Below are positions 49,182-58,688 of a DNA stretch of 64,000 nt, in pieces (position 1 is the first letter of the stretch; each line of letters opens with the position of its first letter). The notes below the pieces were generated by a model. The model worked only from the letters and a program-made list of their open reading frames with translations, ran no database searches and was not told the DNA's origin. Source of the stretch: Candidatus Dormiibacterota bacterium (GTDB lineage: Bacteria > Chloroflexota > Dormibacteria > Dormibacterales > Dormibacteraceae); assembly GCA_035937155.1 (NCBI GenBank), contig DASYVJ010000058.1, positions 1,938 to 65,937 on the forward strand, in the 5' to 3' direction. The position numbers and the translations under genes were made by a program.

Positions 49182-50215
49182 GCGACATAAACAAAGCGCC
49201 GGCGCAAAAAGCCCCGGCGCTGCGGCTGCAAGGAATCCGAAAGAACTATGGCCAGGTGGTCGCAGTCGCCGGCGTCGACCTCGTCATCGACGAGGGCGAG
49301 TTCTTTACGCTGCTGGGCCCTTCAGGCTCCGGCAAGACGACACTGCTGCGGATGATCGCCGGCTTCGAGCGTCCCGACTCGGGTCGCATCGAGCTGGGCG
49401 GCCGCGACATCACGTCGCTGCCGCCTCACCTGCGCGATACGAACACCGTGTTCCAGGACTACGCGCTTTTTCCGCACATGACCGTCGCCCAGAACATCGG
49501 CTACGGCCTGCGCATCAAAGGCACCGCGAAGGCGGACCGCCTGCGGCGCGTTGATCGCGCCCTCCAGATGGTGCGCCTCACAGGACTCGGCCAGCGGCGC
49601 CCCAACCAGCTGTCCGGCGGCCAGCGGCAACGGGTCGCGCTTGCCCGTGCGGTTATCAACGAGCCCGAGGTCCTCTTGCTGGACGAACCTCTGGGCGCCC
49701 TCGACTTGAAGCTGCGCCAGGAGATGCAGATCGAGCTCAAGCAGATTCAGAAGGAGGTCGGCATCACGTTCATCTACGTGACCCACGACCAGGAGGAGGC
49801 CCTCACGATGAGCGACCGGATCGCAGTCATGTCCAACGGATCGATCGAGCAGATCGGGTCGCCCGTCGACGTCTACGAGCGGCCCGCCACCGAGTTCGTC
49901 GCCGGGTTCATCGGCATCTCGAACGTGTTGCTGAGAGATGGAGTCCGGTTCGTGGTGCGTCCAGAGAAGATCCGCATGCTCGCCGCGAGCGAGCAGCCGG
50001 AGCCCGGGATGCAGGTGGAACCCGGCACGGTAGAAGAGGTTGTGTACGTGGGCATGTCCACGCGGTACCTCGTGCGACTCGACCGTGGCGAGCACCTGGT
50101 CGCGGTGCGCCAGAATATGGACGCGGCGGGCGACGCCCAGGAGCTCCAGGGCCGGCCGGTGAGGCTGGCCTGGACGGCAGACCACACGTACGTTCTCGAG
50201 ACGAAGGAGAGGTAA
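49178..50215 (+). CDS. ABC transporter ATP-binding protein (PotA-like); no canonical start codon in the expected place
   Basis: 'GPSGSGKTT', '[14 protein letters not shown]', 'LLLDEPL'. Upstream of '[11 protein letters not shown]' the frame has only CTG (49178) or ATA (49187) before it runs into the ALDH gene. Confidence 0.8.
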   Translation: MSDINKAPAQKAPALRLQGIRKNYGQVVAVAGVDLVIDEGEFFTLLGPSGSGKTTLLRMIAGFERPDSGRIELGGRDITSLPPHLRDTNTVFQDYALFPHMTVAQNIGYGLRIKGTAKADRLRRVDRALQMVRLTGLGQRRPNQLSGGQRQRVALARAVINEPEVLLLDEPLGALDLKLRQEMQIELKQIQKEVGITFIYVTHDQEEALTMSDRIAVMSNGSIEQIGSPVDVYERPATEFVAGFIGISNVLLRDGVRFVVRPEKIRMLAASEQPEPGMQVEPGTVEEVVYVGMSTRYLVRLDRGEHLVAVRQNMDAAGDAQELQGRPVRLAWTADHTYVLETKER

Positions 50216-50220
50216 GGAAA

Positions 50221-51423
50221 ATGAGTTCAGGAGATCGCGGTCCGGCCGGTTGGCTGCGGCTTGGATGTTTCGCCGCAGTCGCCGTGCTTGCGGCGGTCGC
50301 GTGCGGATCCAGCACCACGACGCCCGGTTCGACCCTTACGCAGCCGCCGACGGCAAAGATGACACCCCAGGCTTCGATCGGCGCCGGAGAAGGCCAGCTG
50401 AACCTGGTCCTGTGGGACGGCTACGCGGACAAATCGTGGGTCGACCCGTTCACAGCAGCTTCAGGCTGCAAGGTCAACCAGAAGCCTGCCGGCTCGTCGG
50501 ACGAGATGGTGAGCCTCATGAAGGACGGTGGCGGTGGCCAGTACGACATGGTGTCGGCTTCGGGTGACGCGGATCTCCGCCTCATCTATAGCGGCGACGT
50601 GAAGCCAATGAACACCGCACTGATCCCCGATTTCACCAACTTCCAGACCTTCTTCCAGTCACCCCCGTACAACACCATCAGCGGGGTCCACTACGGTATC
50701 TCGCTGCAGTGGGGCCCGAACACGCTCCTGTACAACACCAAGAAGTTCGTGAACCCGCCGACGAGCTGGAACGTTATCTATGACAGCGCCAACAAAGGTC
50801 TCGTGACCGTGCCCGACAACCCTATCCAGATTGCGGACGCGGCCCTTTACCTGAGCAAGACCCAGGCGTCGCTCGGCATCAAGGACCCTTACGAACTCAC
50901 CCAGAAGCAATTCGACGCGGCGGTCACCCTGCTCAAGAACCAGCGGCCGCTGATCAAGAAGTACTGGGCTCTGGCGACAGACGAGATAACGCTGTTCCAG
51001 AACAACGACGTAACCGTGGGCGCCGCATGGCCATATCAGACCATCCAGCTCAAGGCCGCTGGGGCTCCGGTCGCCGACACCATCCCGACCGAAGGTGCCA
51101 CGGGATGGGCGGACACCTGGATGCTGGCGACCAAGGCCACGCACCCCAACTGCGCGTACCTGTGGACCAAGTGGGTGAGCACCGCGAAGGTGCAGGCGAT
51201 GCAGGCGTTGTCCTTCGGCGAGACACCCGTCAACACGAAGGCGTGCGCCGAGATGGAGGCTCTCCAGGCCGGCTCGTGCTCGCAGTACCACGCCGACGCG
51301 CCGGGATCGTATTTCGACACGGTCAAGTTCTGGAAGACGCCCATCGCGCAGTGTCCGGACGGCAGCAATAACTGCATTCCGTACGACCAGTGGGTCGCCG
51401 CCTGGACCACGATCAAGGGCTGA
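50221..51423 (+). CDS. ABC transporter substrate-binding lipoprotein (spermidine/putrescine PotD/PotF-like)
   Basis: Lipobox 'LAAVACG'. 'LNLVLWDGYADKSWVDPF' is typical of the extracellular solute-binding family 1. Confidence 0.85.
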   Translation: MSSGDRGPAGWLRLGCFAAVAVLAAVACGSSTTTPGSTLTQPPTAKMTPQASIGAGEGQLNLVLWDGYADKSWVDPFTAASGCKVNQKPAGSSDEMVSLMKDGGGGQYDMVSASGDADLRLIYSGDVKPMNTALIPDFTNFQTFFQSPPYNTISGVHYGISLQWGPNTLLYNTKKFVNPPTSWNVIYDSANKGLVTVPDNPIQIADAALYLSKTQASLGIKDPYELTQKQFDAAVTLLKNQRPLIKKYWALATDEITLFQNNDVTVGAAWPYQTIQLKAAGAPVADTIPTEGATGWADTWMLATKATHPNCAYLWTKWVSTAKVQAMQALSFGETPVNTKACAEMEALQAGSCSQYHADAPGSYFDTVKFWKTPIAQCPDGSNNCIPYDQWVAAWTTIKG

Positions 51424-51431
51424 TCCACTAA

Positions 51432-52343
51432 ATGGCTGAAGCGGTCGGACGGCCTCGTCCCAAGGGGGGCGGGGCTGTCCCCTTCAGAGGTCTCTTCTGG
51501 CGCCTGCCTTGGCTCCGCCCACTCCTGTTGCTGACGCCACCCATGGCCTGGTTCGTCCTGGTCTACCTCGCGTCGCTCGTGCTCCTGCTCATCACCGCCT
51601 TCTGGTCGATCGATCCATTCACGACGCAGATCGTCCAGGTCTGGAACACCAATAACTTCCGGATCATCCTCACCGAGCCGACCTACCGGGCCATCATCGG
51701 GCGGACGGTCGGTATCGCCGCGCTCGTCACCGTCACCGACGCGATCCTCGCGTTTCCATTCGCCTACTACATGGCAAAGGTCGCGTCGCGACGCACGCAG
51801 ACCGTGCTGTTCGCCGCGGTGCTGCTTCCGCTGTGGGCCAGCTACCTGGCTCGCGTCTACGCCTGGATCCTCATCCTCAACCACAGCGGCGTCCTCAACT
51901 GGAGCCTGCAATCAATCGGCCTACCCGCTGCCAACATCGGTTATACGAACACCGCGATGTGGGTCGTCTTCTCTTATATCTGGCTGCCGTTCATGATCAT
52001 CCCAACGTACGCCGCGCTCGAGAGGGTGCCGGACTCGCTGCTCGAAGCCGCCGCGGACCTCGGCGCGCGCCGCTGGCGCGCGGTGCTTGATGTCGTGCTG
52101 CCCTTGGCCATCCCGGGTGTGATAGCGGGCTCGATCTTCACGTTCTCACTTACACTCGGTGACTACATCACCCCAATCCTTGTCGGCGGCGCCGGCTCCA
52201 GCTTCATCGGCAATGTCGTGTACGCCAATATCGGCATCGCGAACAACGTTCCGTTCGCAGCCGCGCTGGCGACCGTTCCAGTCGTGATCATGGCCGCCTA
52301 TCTGTTGATGGCGAAGCGCCTCGGTGCGTTCGAGGCCCTGTAG
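51432..52343 (+). CDS. ABC transporter permease (PotB-like)
   Basis: Six TM segments. EAA loop 'LLEAAADLGARRWRAVLDVVLPL'. Confidence 0.9.
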   Translation: MAEAVGRPRPKGGGAVPFRGLFWRLPWLRPLLLLTPPMAWFVLVYLASLVLLLITAFWSIDPFTTQIVQVWNTNNFRIILTEPTYRAIIGRTVGIAALVTVTDAILAFPFAYYMAKVASRRTQTVLFAAVLLPLWASYLARVYAWILILNHSGVLNWSLQSIGLPAANIGYTNTAMWVVFSYIWLPFMIIPTYAALERVPDSLLEAAADLGARRWRAVLDVVLPLAIPGVIAGSIFTFSLTLGDYITPILVGGAGSSFIGNVVYANIGIANNVPFAAALATVPVVIMAAYLLMAKRLGAFEAL

Positions 52344-52346
52344 CCG

Positions 52347-53153
52347 GTGGAAGGGTTCTGGACCCGGATGGCGCTCCGGGCGTGGGCCGCACTCATACTC
52401 CTGTTCCTGTTCATCCCGATCCTGCTGATCTTTCTGTACGCGTTCAATACATCGAACATCGAGAGCTGGCCGATCCCCGGCCTCACGACAAAATGGTTCA
52501 CGGCGACGTGGGACGACCCTGATGTGCGGTCCGCGCTGCTGCTTTCAGTGCAGGCAGGGCTTGCGGCCACAACTGTCGCGTTGGTGCTGGGCTCGTGCGC
52601 CGCTTTTGCGATCCACCGCTCAGCGTTCTTCGGACGTGATGCGATCAGCCTCCTCTTTATCCTGCCCCTCGCCCTTCCCGGGATCATCACTGGGATCGCG
52701 CTCAACTCGTTCTTCAGCTTCAACGGCATCTCGCTTTCGATCTGGACCGTCGTGATCGGCCACGCAACCTTCTGCATGGTGGTCGTTTACAACAACGTGC
52801 TCGCGCGACTCCGTCGCACACAGGGCTCACTGATCGAAGCGGCCATGGACCTCGGCGCAAATGGATTTCAAGTGTTTCGCGACGTGACGCTGCCGCTGAT
52901 CTCCACCGCCGTGGTGGCCGGGGCGATGCTGGCCTTCGCGCTCTCGTTCGACGAGGTAATTGTCACCACGTTCACCGCAGGCGCCCAGAGCACCTTACCG
53001 ATCTGGATCTTCGGCCAGATCCGTCACGGGATCCTGCTACCCGAGGTCAACGTCGTCGTGTCCTTTGTGATCCTTGTCACGATCATCCCGGTGTTGATCG
53101 CTGCCCGGCTGACAGGCGGCGGAGGAACCTCAAGAGTACCTGCAGCACGCTAG
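52347..53153 (+). CDS. ABC transporter permease (PotC-like)
   Basis: Six TM segments. EAA loop 'LIEAAMDLGANGFQVFRDVTLPL'. Confidence 0.9.
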   Translation: MEGFWTRMALRAWAALILLFLFIPILLIFLYAFNTSNIESWPIPGLTTKWFTATWDDPDVRSALLLSVQAGLAATTVALVLGSCAAFAIHRSAFFGRDAISLLFILPLALPGIITGIALNSFFSFNGISLSIWTVVIGHATFCMVVVYNNVLARLRRTQGSLIEAAMDLGANGFQVFRDVTLPLISTAVVAGAMLAFALSFDEVIVTTFTAGAQSTLPIWIFGQIRHGILLPEVNVVVSFVILVTIIPVLIAARLTGGGGTSRVPAAR

Positions 53154-53235
53154 CCAATCCCCTCTCCCGCGCCAGCGGGAGCGATCAGTAAGTCCCATCC
53201 TTATCGCCACTTTGCGCGCAGGGCTAGGGTGAGGG
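53151..53235. repeat. family-2 GC-rich repeat, composite copy overlapping a stop codon
   Basis: 'TAGCCAATCCCCTCTCCCGCgccaGCGGGAGcgatcagtaagtccc...GGGCTAGGGTGAGGG'. It shares the TAGCCAATCCC head with 59832 and the 'taagtccc' and 'TAGGGTG' parts with 39193. Confidence 0.6.
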
Positions 53236-53307
53236 CCGCCAGAGCAGCACCCGTCGCGAGTTGGCGCAGTAGTCCCTCGGCGGCAACGTTACCGTGAACA
53301 TGAGCGC

Positions 53308-54165
53308 GTGGGAGCAATGATTGGAACGCCGCCCAGGGCGCTTGCAGTGGCAGGGCTCGCTATCGCCTGTCTGCTGAGCGGTTGCACCGCTGCCGGCGAC
53401 ACCGGCAAGACCTATCCGGTACTGAAGACGTCTCCGGCGTTGACTTTGACTACCGCCGATGGTGGTAAGACGATCAGGGTTGTGCAAGGCGACATTTTTG
53501 GCATTGACCTTCCGAAGGAGGAAGGATGGGACCAATTCTCAGCGCCGGTCAGCAGTGATGGCACAGTCGCGGCTCCGCTACACGCCCGCCCGCAAAGCGG
53601 CCCAGGAACGACAAGCATGGCGTTCGCCGCCCTTTGGCCTGGAACGGTTCGGCTGATTGCGTCCACAAACAAAGAGTGTCTACAAGCATCGCCTACTAAT
53701 GGTCAAATAGCCGTCTGCTCGGTCGTGCAACGTACTTTCGAAGTCACCGTTGATGTTGTCTCGGGTCGCCGACCCACATTCGAGTTGGCGGCGGGAGAGT
53801 GGAGTCGGCAGGCCGACTACAAACTCATCCCTGGAGATCGAGTCGTCGTGAGTACTCTGTCGGATGGCGCACCTGCAACCGACAACCCGAAGGTTCTTGC
53901 TCCCGCCGGCCAGGACAGCAGCCAGCGATTCTTCACGTTTCAGGCGTTGGCCCCAGGCAAGGCAAGACTCGGGTGGGCGAACGACCCGTGCCACTCACAA
54001 GCGTGCATGTCCCCCATAACTGTGTTCCAGGTCAATGTTGATGTTGTGTTTCGATGGGCCAGGGCGCGGGAAGCTAGCGCGGCCCAGCCGGCTACGCGCC
54101 GCTCTCAACCTTTGTCTTCAGGTTTGTCATCGCGCCGTTGTAGTTCTTCTGAACCGTGCTTTTGA
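53308..54165 (+). CDS. putative secreted lipoprotein with two related beta-rich halves
   Basis: Lipobox 'CLLSGC'. Two ~100-aa halves each end in an 'A(L)xPG(T/K)xRL' segment. The 3' end overlaps the convergent gene by 74 nt. Confidence 0.6.
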   Translation: MGAMIGTPPRALAVAGLAIACLLSGCTAAGDTGKTYPVLKTSPALTLTTADGGKTIRVVQGDIFGIDLPKEEGWDQFSAPVSSDGTVAAPLHARPQSGPGTTSMAFAALWPGTVRLIASTNKECLQASPTNGQIAVCSVVQRTFEVTVDVVSGRRPTFELAAGEWSRQADYKLIPGDRVVVSTLSDGAPATDNPKVLAPAGQDSSQRFFTFQALAPGKARLGWANDPCHSQACMSPITVFQVNVDVVFRWARAREASAAQPATRRSQPLSSGLSSRRCSSSEPCF

Positions 54166-54541
54166 AGATGGAGAGGACCAGCGGAAAGTAGAACGGGCCC
54201 TTGGTCATGGTCACGTGTCGCTCGACGTGGGTGCCGCCGTTGGATGGGCTGAACGTGAACTCGTGATGAAACACCGAATTCGAGTCTTCGGCGTCAAAAG
54301 CCAAACGCTTCGGGGCGTCGATGGCTGTGATGGTGACCACCGAATGGTTGGGCTTTCCGTTCAGCAACCCGTCCGCGCTGTAGCGCGAACCCATCGTCGG
54401 TGGCCCGGGCTTCTCGGCCGCTGCCTTCATGTGGTCGTCAGCGCTCCCCCACTCTCCGTGGCGGGACACGTCGGCGACGTAGTCGAAGACCTTGGCTTGA
54501 GGCGCTTTGACGTCGACTGCATAGCTGGCCGAATAAGCCAT
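54092..54541 (-). CDS. SRPBCC-family protein
   Basis: 'YAVDVKAPQAKVFDYVADVSRHGEWG' is an SRPBCC-type N-terminus. Confidence 0.8.
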   Translation of the reverse strand: MAYSASYAVDVKAPQAKVFDYVADVSRHGEWGSADDHMKAAAEKPGPPTMGSRYSADGLLNGKPNHSVVTITAIDAPKRLAFDAEDSNSVFHHEFTFSPSNGGTHVERHVTMTKGPFYFPLVLSIFKSTVQKNYNGAMTNLKTKVESGA

Positions 54542-54558
54542 GTCTTTCTCCTAAGCGG

Positions 54559-54852
54559 CTAATGGATGAAAGTGGGAAGGACGATCGAAGCCACCCAGAG
54601 CGCAAGCCCGACGGCGATCAACCCGACCTTCTTGTAGCCCCAGCCGATGGCCCCCAGCACAAAGGCTATGAAGGCGAGGATCAGAAGGATGGTGCTCAGG
54701 CTCAAGTTCGAGAGCCCCCGGCCGATCAGGTCCGCCAGGACCCATACTGCCAATCCGGCTGCGATCAAGTCCGTTTTCTTGTAGGTCCAGCCGATAGCGG
54801 CAACCACGAATAGGATCAACGCGACGATCAGCAGTAGCGTGCTTAAGCTCAT
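54559..54852 (-). CDS. small membrane protein made of two tandem ~45-aa repeats (4 TM)
   Basis: 'LSTLLLIVALILFVVAAIGWTYKKTDLIAAGLAVWVLADLI' aligns with 'LSTILLILAFIAFVLGAIGWGYKKVGLIAVGLALWVASIVL'. Confidence 0.65.
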   Translation of the reverse strand: MSLSTLLLIVALILFVVAAIGWTYKKTDLIAAGLAVWVLADLIGRGLSNLSLSTILLILAFIAFVLGAIGWGYKKVGLIAVGLALWVASIVLPTFIH

Positions 54853-54867
54853 AGGCGCATTATCGCC

Positions 54868-56307
54868 ATGAAAGACCCTGCTGCGGATCTGAACCTCACC
54901 GCCGGCGCCCTCACGCCCGGTGCCCAGCGCAGCTGGTGGCTGCGGGAGGCGCTGGCTCTTGAAAACGGCTCGGCCAGCCCGCCACTGATGAAGGACGTCA
55001 ACGCCGACGTGGTGATCGTCGGCGGCGGGTTCACCGGGCTCTGGACCGCTTACTTCCTCAGCCAGGCCGACCCCGACCTCGGCATCGTCGTGCTCGAGCA
55101 GGACATCTGCGGCGGCGGGCCAAGCGGGCGCAACGGCGGTTTTGCCAGCGGCTGGTGGGATGAGCTGGACGGCCTGGTGGAGCTCTACGGGGCGGAGGCC
55201 GCGGTGAGGGCATGCCGTGCCATTTCAGCGAGCATTGCCGGGATCGGTCAGTTCTGCGAGGAACATGGGATCGACGCCTGGTTCAAGCGGGCGGGTTACA
55301 TGTATGCGATCACTGCTGACGCCCACGAGAGGCTGTGCGAAGAGATGGTCGCGCTGGCCCGCGAGGTGGGAGCCCCGGATGAGCTGCGCGAGCTGACCCG
55401 CGAGGAGGTCCGGGCTCGCTGCGCTTCACCGGCGTTCCGCGGTGGTGCGTTCATGCTCGACGGCGCCTCAGTGCAGCCCGGATTGCTGGTGCGAGGCCTG
55501 CGACGGGTGGTCCTCGAGCGCGGCGTGTCGATCCACGAAGGCACCCCCGTGACAGGCGTCGAAGCAGGACCACCCGCGGTCGTGACAACAGCGAGCGGCA
55601 CGGTCCGGGCAAAGCATGCCGTGCTGGCGCTGAATGCATGGGCGACCGGCTGGCCGCAGCTCCAGCGGAGGCTCGTGGCCTGGAGCTCATACATCGTGCT
55701 CACCGGACCGGCGCCCGATCGGCTTGCGGCGATCGGCTGGACCGGTGGGGAGCTGATCTCCGACTTCCGAACCTCGCTGCGCTATTTCAGGACCACGCGC
55801 GACGGCCGGATCGCATTCGGCGGCGGCGGGGGACGCGCACGGCCGTCGATCGACGACGCTTTCACGCACGACCGGCGAGCGGTCAGGGAGGCTGCGCAAG
55901 GCTTCCGATTGATGTTTCCGAGCTTCGCCGACATCCCGCTGGAAGACGCTTGGGGCGGCCCAATCGACGTGTCGCCGACCCACCTGCCCGCCTTTGGGAC
56001 CCTCGAGCCCGGCAACCTGTTCTTTGCGCTGGGCTACACGGGTAACGGCGTGGCACCCACGCACCTCGCCGGCCAGGTCCTGGCAGACCTTGTGACCGGT
56101 AGGGATACCGACGCGGTCAGGCTGCCCATAGTCAATCCGTCGCCGCGGTTGTTTCCGCCTCAGCCGTTCCGCTCATGGGGTGCCGCGCTGGTGAGGCGCG
56201 CGATGATCGCCAAGGAGACGGCGGAGGAGCAGGGCCGGCAGCCGAACCTACTGGTCTCCCAACTAGCCCGAATGCCCCGCCGAATGGGTTATCTACTGGG
56301 CCATTAA
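54868..56307 (+). CDS. FAD-dependent oxidoreductase (DAO family; gamma-glutamylputrescine-oxidase-like)
   Basis: 'ADVVIVGGGFTGLWTAYFL'. Its context is polyamine catabolism and transport genes. Confidence 0.85.
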   Translation: MKDPAADLNLTAGALTPGAQRSWWLREALALENGSASPPLMKDVNADVVIVGGGFTGLWTAYFLSQADPDLGIVVLEQDICGGGPSGRNGGFASGWWDELDGLVELYGAEAAVRACRAISASIAGIGQFCEEHGIDAWFKRAGYMYAITADAHERLCEEMVALAREVGAPDELRELTREEVRARCASPAFRGGAFMLDGASVQPGLLVRGLRRVVLERGVSIHEGTPVTGVEAGPPAVVTTASGTVRAKHAVLALNAWATGWPQLQRRLVAWSSYIVLTGPAPDRLAAIGWTGGELISDFRTSLRYFRTTRDGRIAFGGGGGRARPSIDDAFTHDRRAVREAAQGFRLMFPSFADIPLEDAWGGPIDVSPTHLPAFGTLEPGNLFFALGYTGNGVAPTHLAGQVLADLVTGRDTDAVRLPIVNPSPRLFPPQPFRSWGAALVRRAMIAKETAEEQGRQPNLLVSQLARMPRRMGYLLGH

Positions 56308-56350
56308 TTCCTATCCCCTCCCCCGCTAGGGGGAGGGCTAGGGTTGGGGG
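56308..56350. repeat. family-2 GC-rich hairpin repeat
   Basis: 'attcctatCCCCTCCCCCGCtaGGGGGAGGGCTAGGGTTGGGGGG' starts directly after the stop codon. Confidence 0.7.
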
Positions 56351-56364
56351 GCCGCCGCACCAGA

Positions 56365-57123
56365 TCAGCGCCTCGTGAAATCACCCAGCAGGTGCACGCC
56401 CCAGCCGCTCGGCATGAGCCGCTCTGCGAGCACCGAGGTCCTGAACATGAATCCGTTCAAGGCGAGGTACGTTGGGTCGGACACGACGCGTAGCTGCTCC
56501 ACATCCAGCTCGGCGGCGGTCGCCAGCCGCCGCAAAGTGCTCACCGTGTTGGCCCGGTACTGCACCGGAAAGGTGTCAGCCTCGTGGCGCCCGTAAAGGC
56601 GCGGCACAAGCCGTCGCTGCAGGAGCGGAAGCGCTTTTCCGACCCGGTTGAGGAGGAGGAGCGGATTGCGCAGGTTCGGGGTGAGAAAGACGAAATGGCC
56701 TCCCGGCCTCAGCACGCGGCGCACCTCGCTTAGCACTTTCAGCGGCTCACTCACATGCTCGAGCACCCAGAGGCAAACGATCAGGTCGAACGCCTCGCCG
56801 GCGAACGGAAGGTGCTCACCGACCCCACGGAGGATCGGCATGCCGGGCGCGCGGTGCTCGGTGAGCGACGGTGAGTCCGGGTCGAGGCCTGCGGCCAGCT
56901 TCACGTCTTGCCAGAAAAGCTCCACCACGCCGCCGCGGCCGCATCCAAGGTCGAGCACGGTGCTGGCCGGTGTCAGGTAGCTGCGAACCAGGGCTTCGAG
57001 CTGGTCCCCGCTCGACTGCCATCCCGGCCGCATTGCCCGGTACTGCTCCCGGTATTGGTTCTGCAGCGTGAGCGGCAGCAGCGCCCCAGACTCCGACTCC
57101 CCGACTTGATCCACCCGGCGCAT
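56365..57123 (-). CDS. class I SAM-dependent methyltransferase
   Basis: 'VLDLGCGRGGVVELF' and 'FDLIVCLWVLEHV'. Confidence 0.8.
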   Translation of the reverse strand: MRRVDQVGESESGALLPLTLQNQYREQYRAMRPGWQSSGDQLEALVRSYLTPASTVLDLGCGRGGVVELFWQDVKLAAGLDPDSPSLTEHRAPGMPILRGVGEHLPFAGEAFDLIVCLWVLEHVSEPLKVLSEVRRVLRPGGHFVFLTPNLRNPLLLLNRVGKALPLLQRRLVPRLYGRHEADTFPVQYRANTVSTLRRLATAAELDVEQLRVVSDPTYLALNGFMFRTSVLAERLMPSGWGVHLLGDFTRR

Positions 57124-57218
57124 TCTGCCCTTCAGCCCCGAGTGACCGCAACGTTGAAACTGCCAACCTAACGCCTCGATGACGCTTCAAAACGCGCCAA
57201 TTTGGGCATAAAAGACAC

Positions 57219-57485
57219 ATGGCAAAAGGCGATTTTGTTGAGGTCCTGGTGGACGCTGGAGCGGGTGCCGCGCGCGAGTACATCGTCGAGGCGACCAAGG
57301 CGGGTCGGACTGTAGAGGTCCGCAGCTCGCGCACCACGGTCGAGGTTCGCGAGATGACGCGCACCGGCGGCGTGGTCCGCACGGTGAGGTTCATCGCACC
57401 GCGCGTGCTGGCGGTGGTCGAGCACCCGGTCGGCGACACCGGCCGGGCGCGGCCCAAGGTCGCAACCCGTACGCGCGCTGCCTAA
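57219..57485 (+). CDS. hypothetical protein (88 aa)
   Basis: ORF only; no motif recognised. The 3' end overlaps the arsM stop by 4 nt. Confidence 0.4.
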   Translation: MAKGDFVEVLVDAGAGAAREYIVEATKAGRTVEVRSSRTTVEVREMTRTGGVVRTVRFIAPRVLAVVEHPVGDTGRARPKVATRTRAA

Positions 57486-58237
57486 GCGACGGGTTTTCGA
57501 GCCCGTATGTAGGCGCTTCCGACCTTTCCGTCGACGCCCGGCATCGTCTCAGTCGCGTGCACCTGAAAATCGGCGTCCATAAAACCCGCATCGACCAGCG
57601 CTGCGCGATATTCCTCAATCGGGATCGTGCCGGAGATACAGCCGGCCCATGCATCGAGTCGCTTCTTCAAGTCCGAATCGAGGGTTTCGAGCTCGACCAT
57701 GTCGGCCACCGCGAACAATCCGCCGGGCCGGAGCACCCTGAACGCTTCTTTGATCACGGCGCCTTTGTCTTCCGCGAGGTTGATGACACAGTTGGAGATC
57801 ACGACGTCGACCGACGAATCGGGCAGCGGGACGCTTTCGATCGAACCTTTCAGAAACGTTGCGTTGGCGACGCCAGCGTTCTCCTTGTGGCTGTTCGCGA
57901 GCTGCAGCATCTCGTCAGTCATGTCCACCCCATACGCATGGCCGCTCGGCGCAACTCGTCTTGCCGAGAGCAGGACGTCAAGGCCCGCTCCGGAACCGAG
58001 ATCCAGGACGACCTGGCCTGGTTCGAGCTGGGCAAGTATCGTCGGGTTGCCGCAGCCAAGACTGACCGACTCGGTCAGCCCGATCTCCGACAGCTCGTCC
58101 GCCGAATAGGAGCCCGAGCAACCGCAATCGGGACCGTCTGCCTGGCAACATCCCGCGCCTGGGTCGGGCTGGAGGACGGCAAGCTGCTTGGCGACGCCCG
58201 CGTACCTGGATCTGACGGCCTCTTTAACGTCACTCAT
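57482..58237 (-). CDS. arsM: arsenite S-adenosylmethionine methyltransferase
   Basis: 'VRSRYAGVA', Cys cluster 'GAGCCQADGPDCGCSG', 'LGCGNPT', 'VLDLGSGAGLDVLLSARRV'. Confidence 0.85.
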   Translation of the reverse strand: MSDVKEAVRSRYAGVAKQLAVLQPDPGAGCCQADGPDCGCSGSYSADELSEIGLTESVSLGCGNPTILAQLEPGQVVLDLGSGAGLDVLLSARRVAPSGHAYGVDMTDEMLQLANSHKENAGVANATFLKGSIESVPLPDSSVDVVISNCVINLAEDKGAVIKEAFRVLRPGGLFAVADMVELETLDSDLKKRLDAWAGCISGTIPIEEYRAALVDAGFMDADFQVHATETMPGVDGKVGSAYIRARKPVA

Positions 58238-58257
58238 TCAACAGGCTCCTTTCATCG

Positions 58258-58671
58258 ATGAACGTCGATGGGTGGAATCCTAGCACACCCATCGAAGAGT
58301 GTCGATGGATATTGTATGATCGATGCGTGGTGACGAAAGAGCTCCCAGTCCTGCGACAGCGTGGCGCGTGCTGCGAGCTCCCGAATGTAAACGAGAGCTG
58401 GGCCAACAACACGTCAGAGCTTATGAAGGCGCTGGCGGATCCCACACGGCTGACGATGCTCGCGTCGCTCTGGAAAGCCGATGGCCCGATCTGCATCTGT
58501 GACTTCACCGGCGGTCTGGAGCTAACCCAGCCGACCATCTCGCACCACATGGCGAAGCTCAAGGAAGCCGGGCTCGTCGATTCAGAAAAGCGTGGCATCT
58601 GGATCTACTACCGCCTACGGGACAAGCTGCCGCCCGCGACACGCCGCTTGCTTGCTCAACTGATCTATTAA
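58258..58671 (+). CDS. arsR: ArsR/SmtB-family metalloregulator
   Basis: 'LADPTRLTMLASL', 'ICICDF' metal site, 'QPTISHHMAKLKEAGLV'. The true start is probably GTG 58327, downstream of the palindrome. Confidence 0.85.
   Translation: MNVDGWNPSTPIEECRWILYDRCVVTKELPVLRQRGACCELPNVNESWANNTSELMKALADPTRLTMLASLWKADGPICICDFTGGLELTQPTISHHMAKLKEAGLVDSEKRGIWIYYRLRDKLPPATRRLLAQLIY
58265..58295. promoter_or_regulatory. 10-bp perfect inverted repeat in the arsM-arsR divergent region (candidate ArsR operator)
   Basis: TCGATGGGTG (58265-74) pairs with CACCCATCGA (58286-95), with an 11-nt spacer. Confidence 0.35.
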
Positions 58672-58688
58672 ACGGCTACCGTTACGCC

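Noticed and set aside
53308-54165. Calling the lipoprotein a chagasin/I42-type peptidase inhibitor
   Set aside because: Only the overall size and a beta-rich two-domain pattern resemble I42. The characteristic NPTTG-type motif is absent, so the call was left as a hypothetical lipoprotein.
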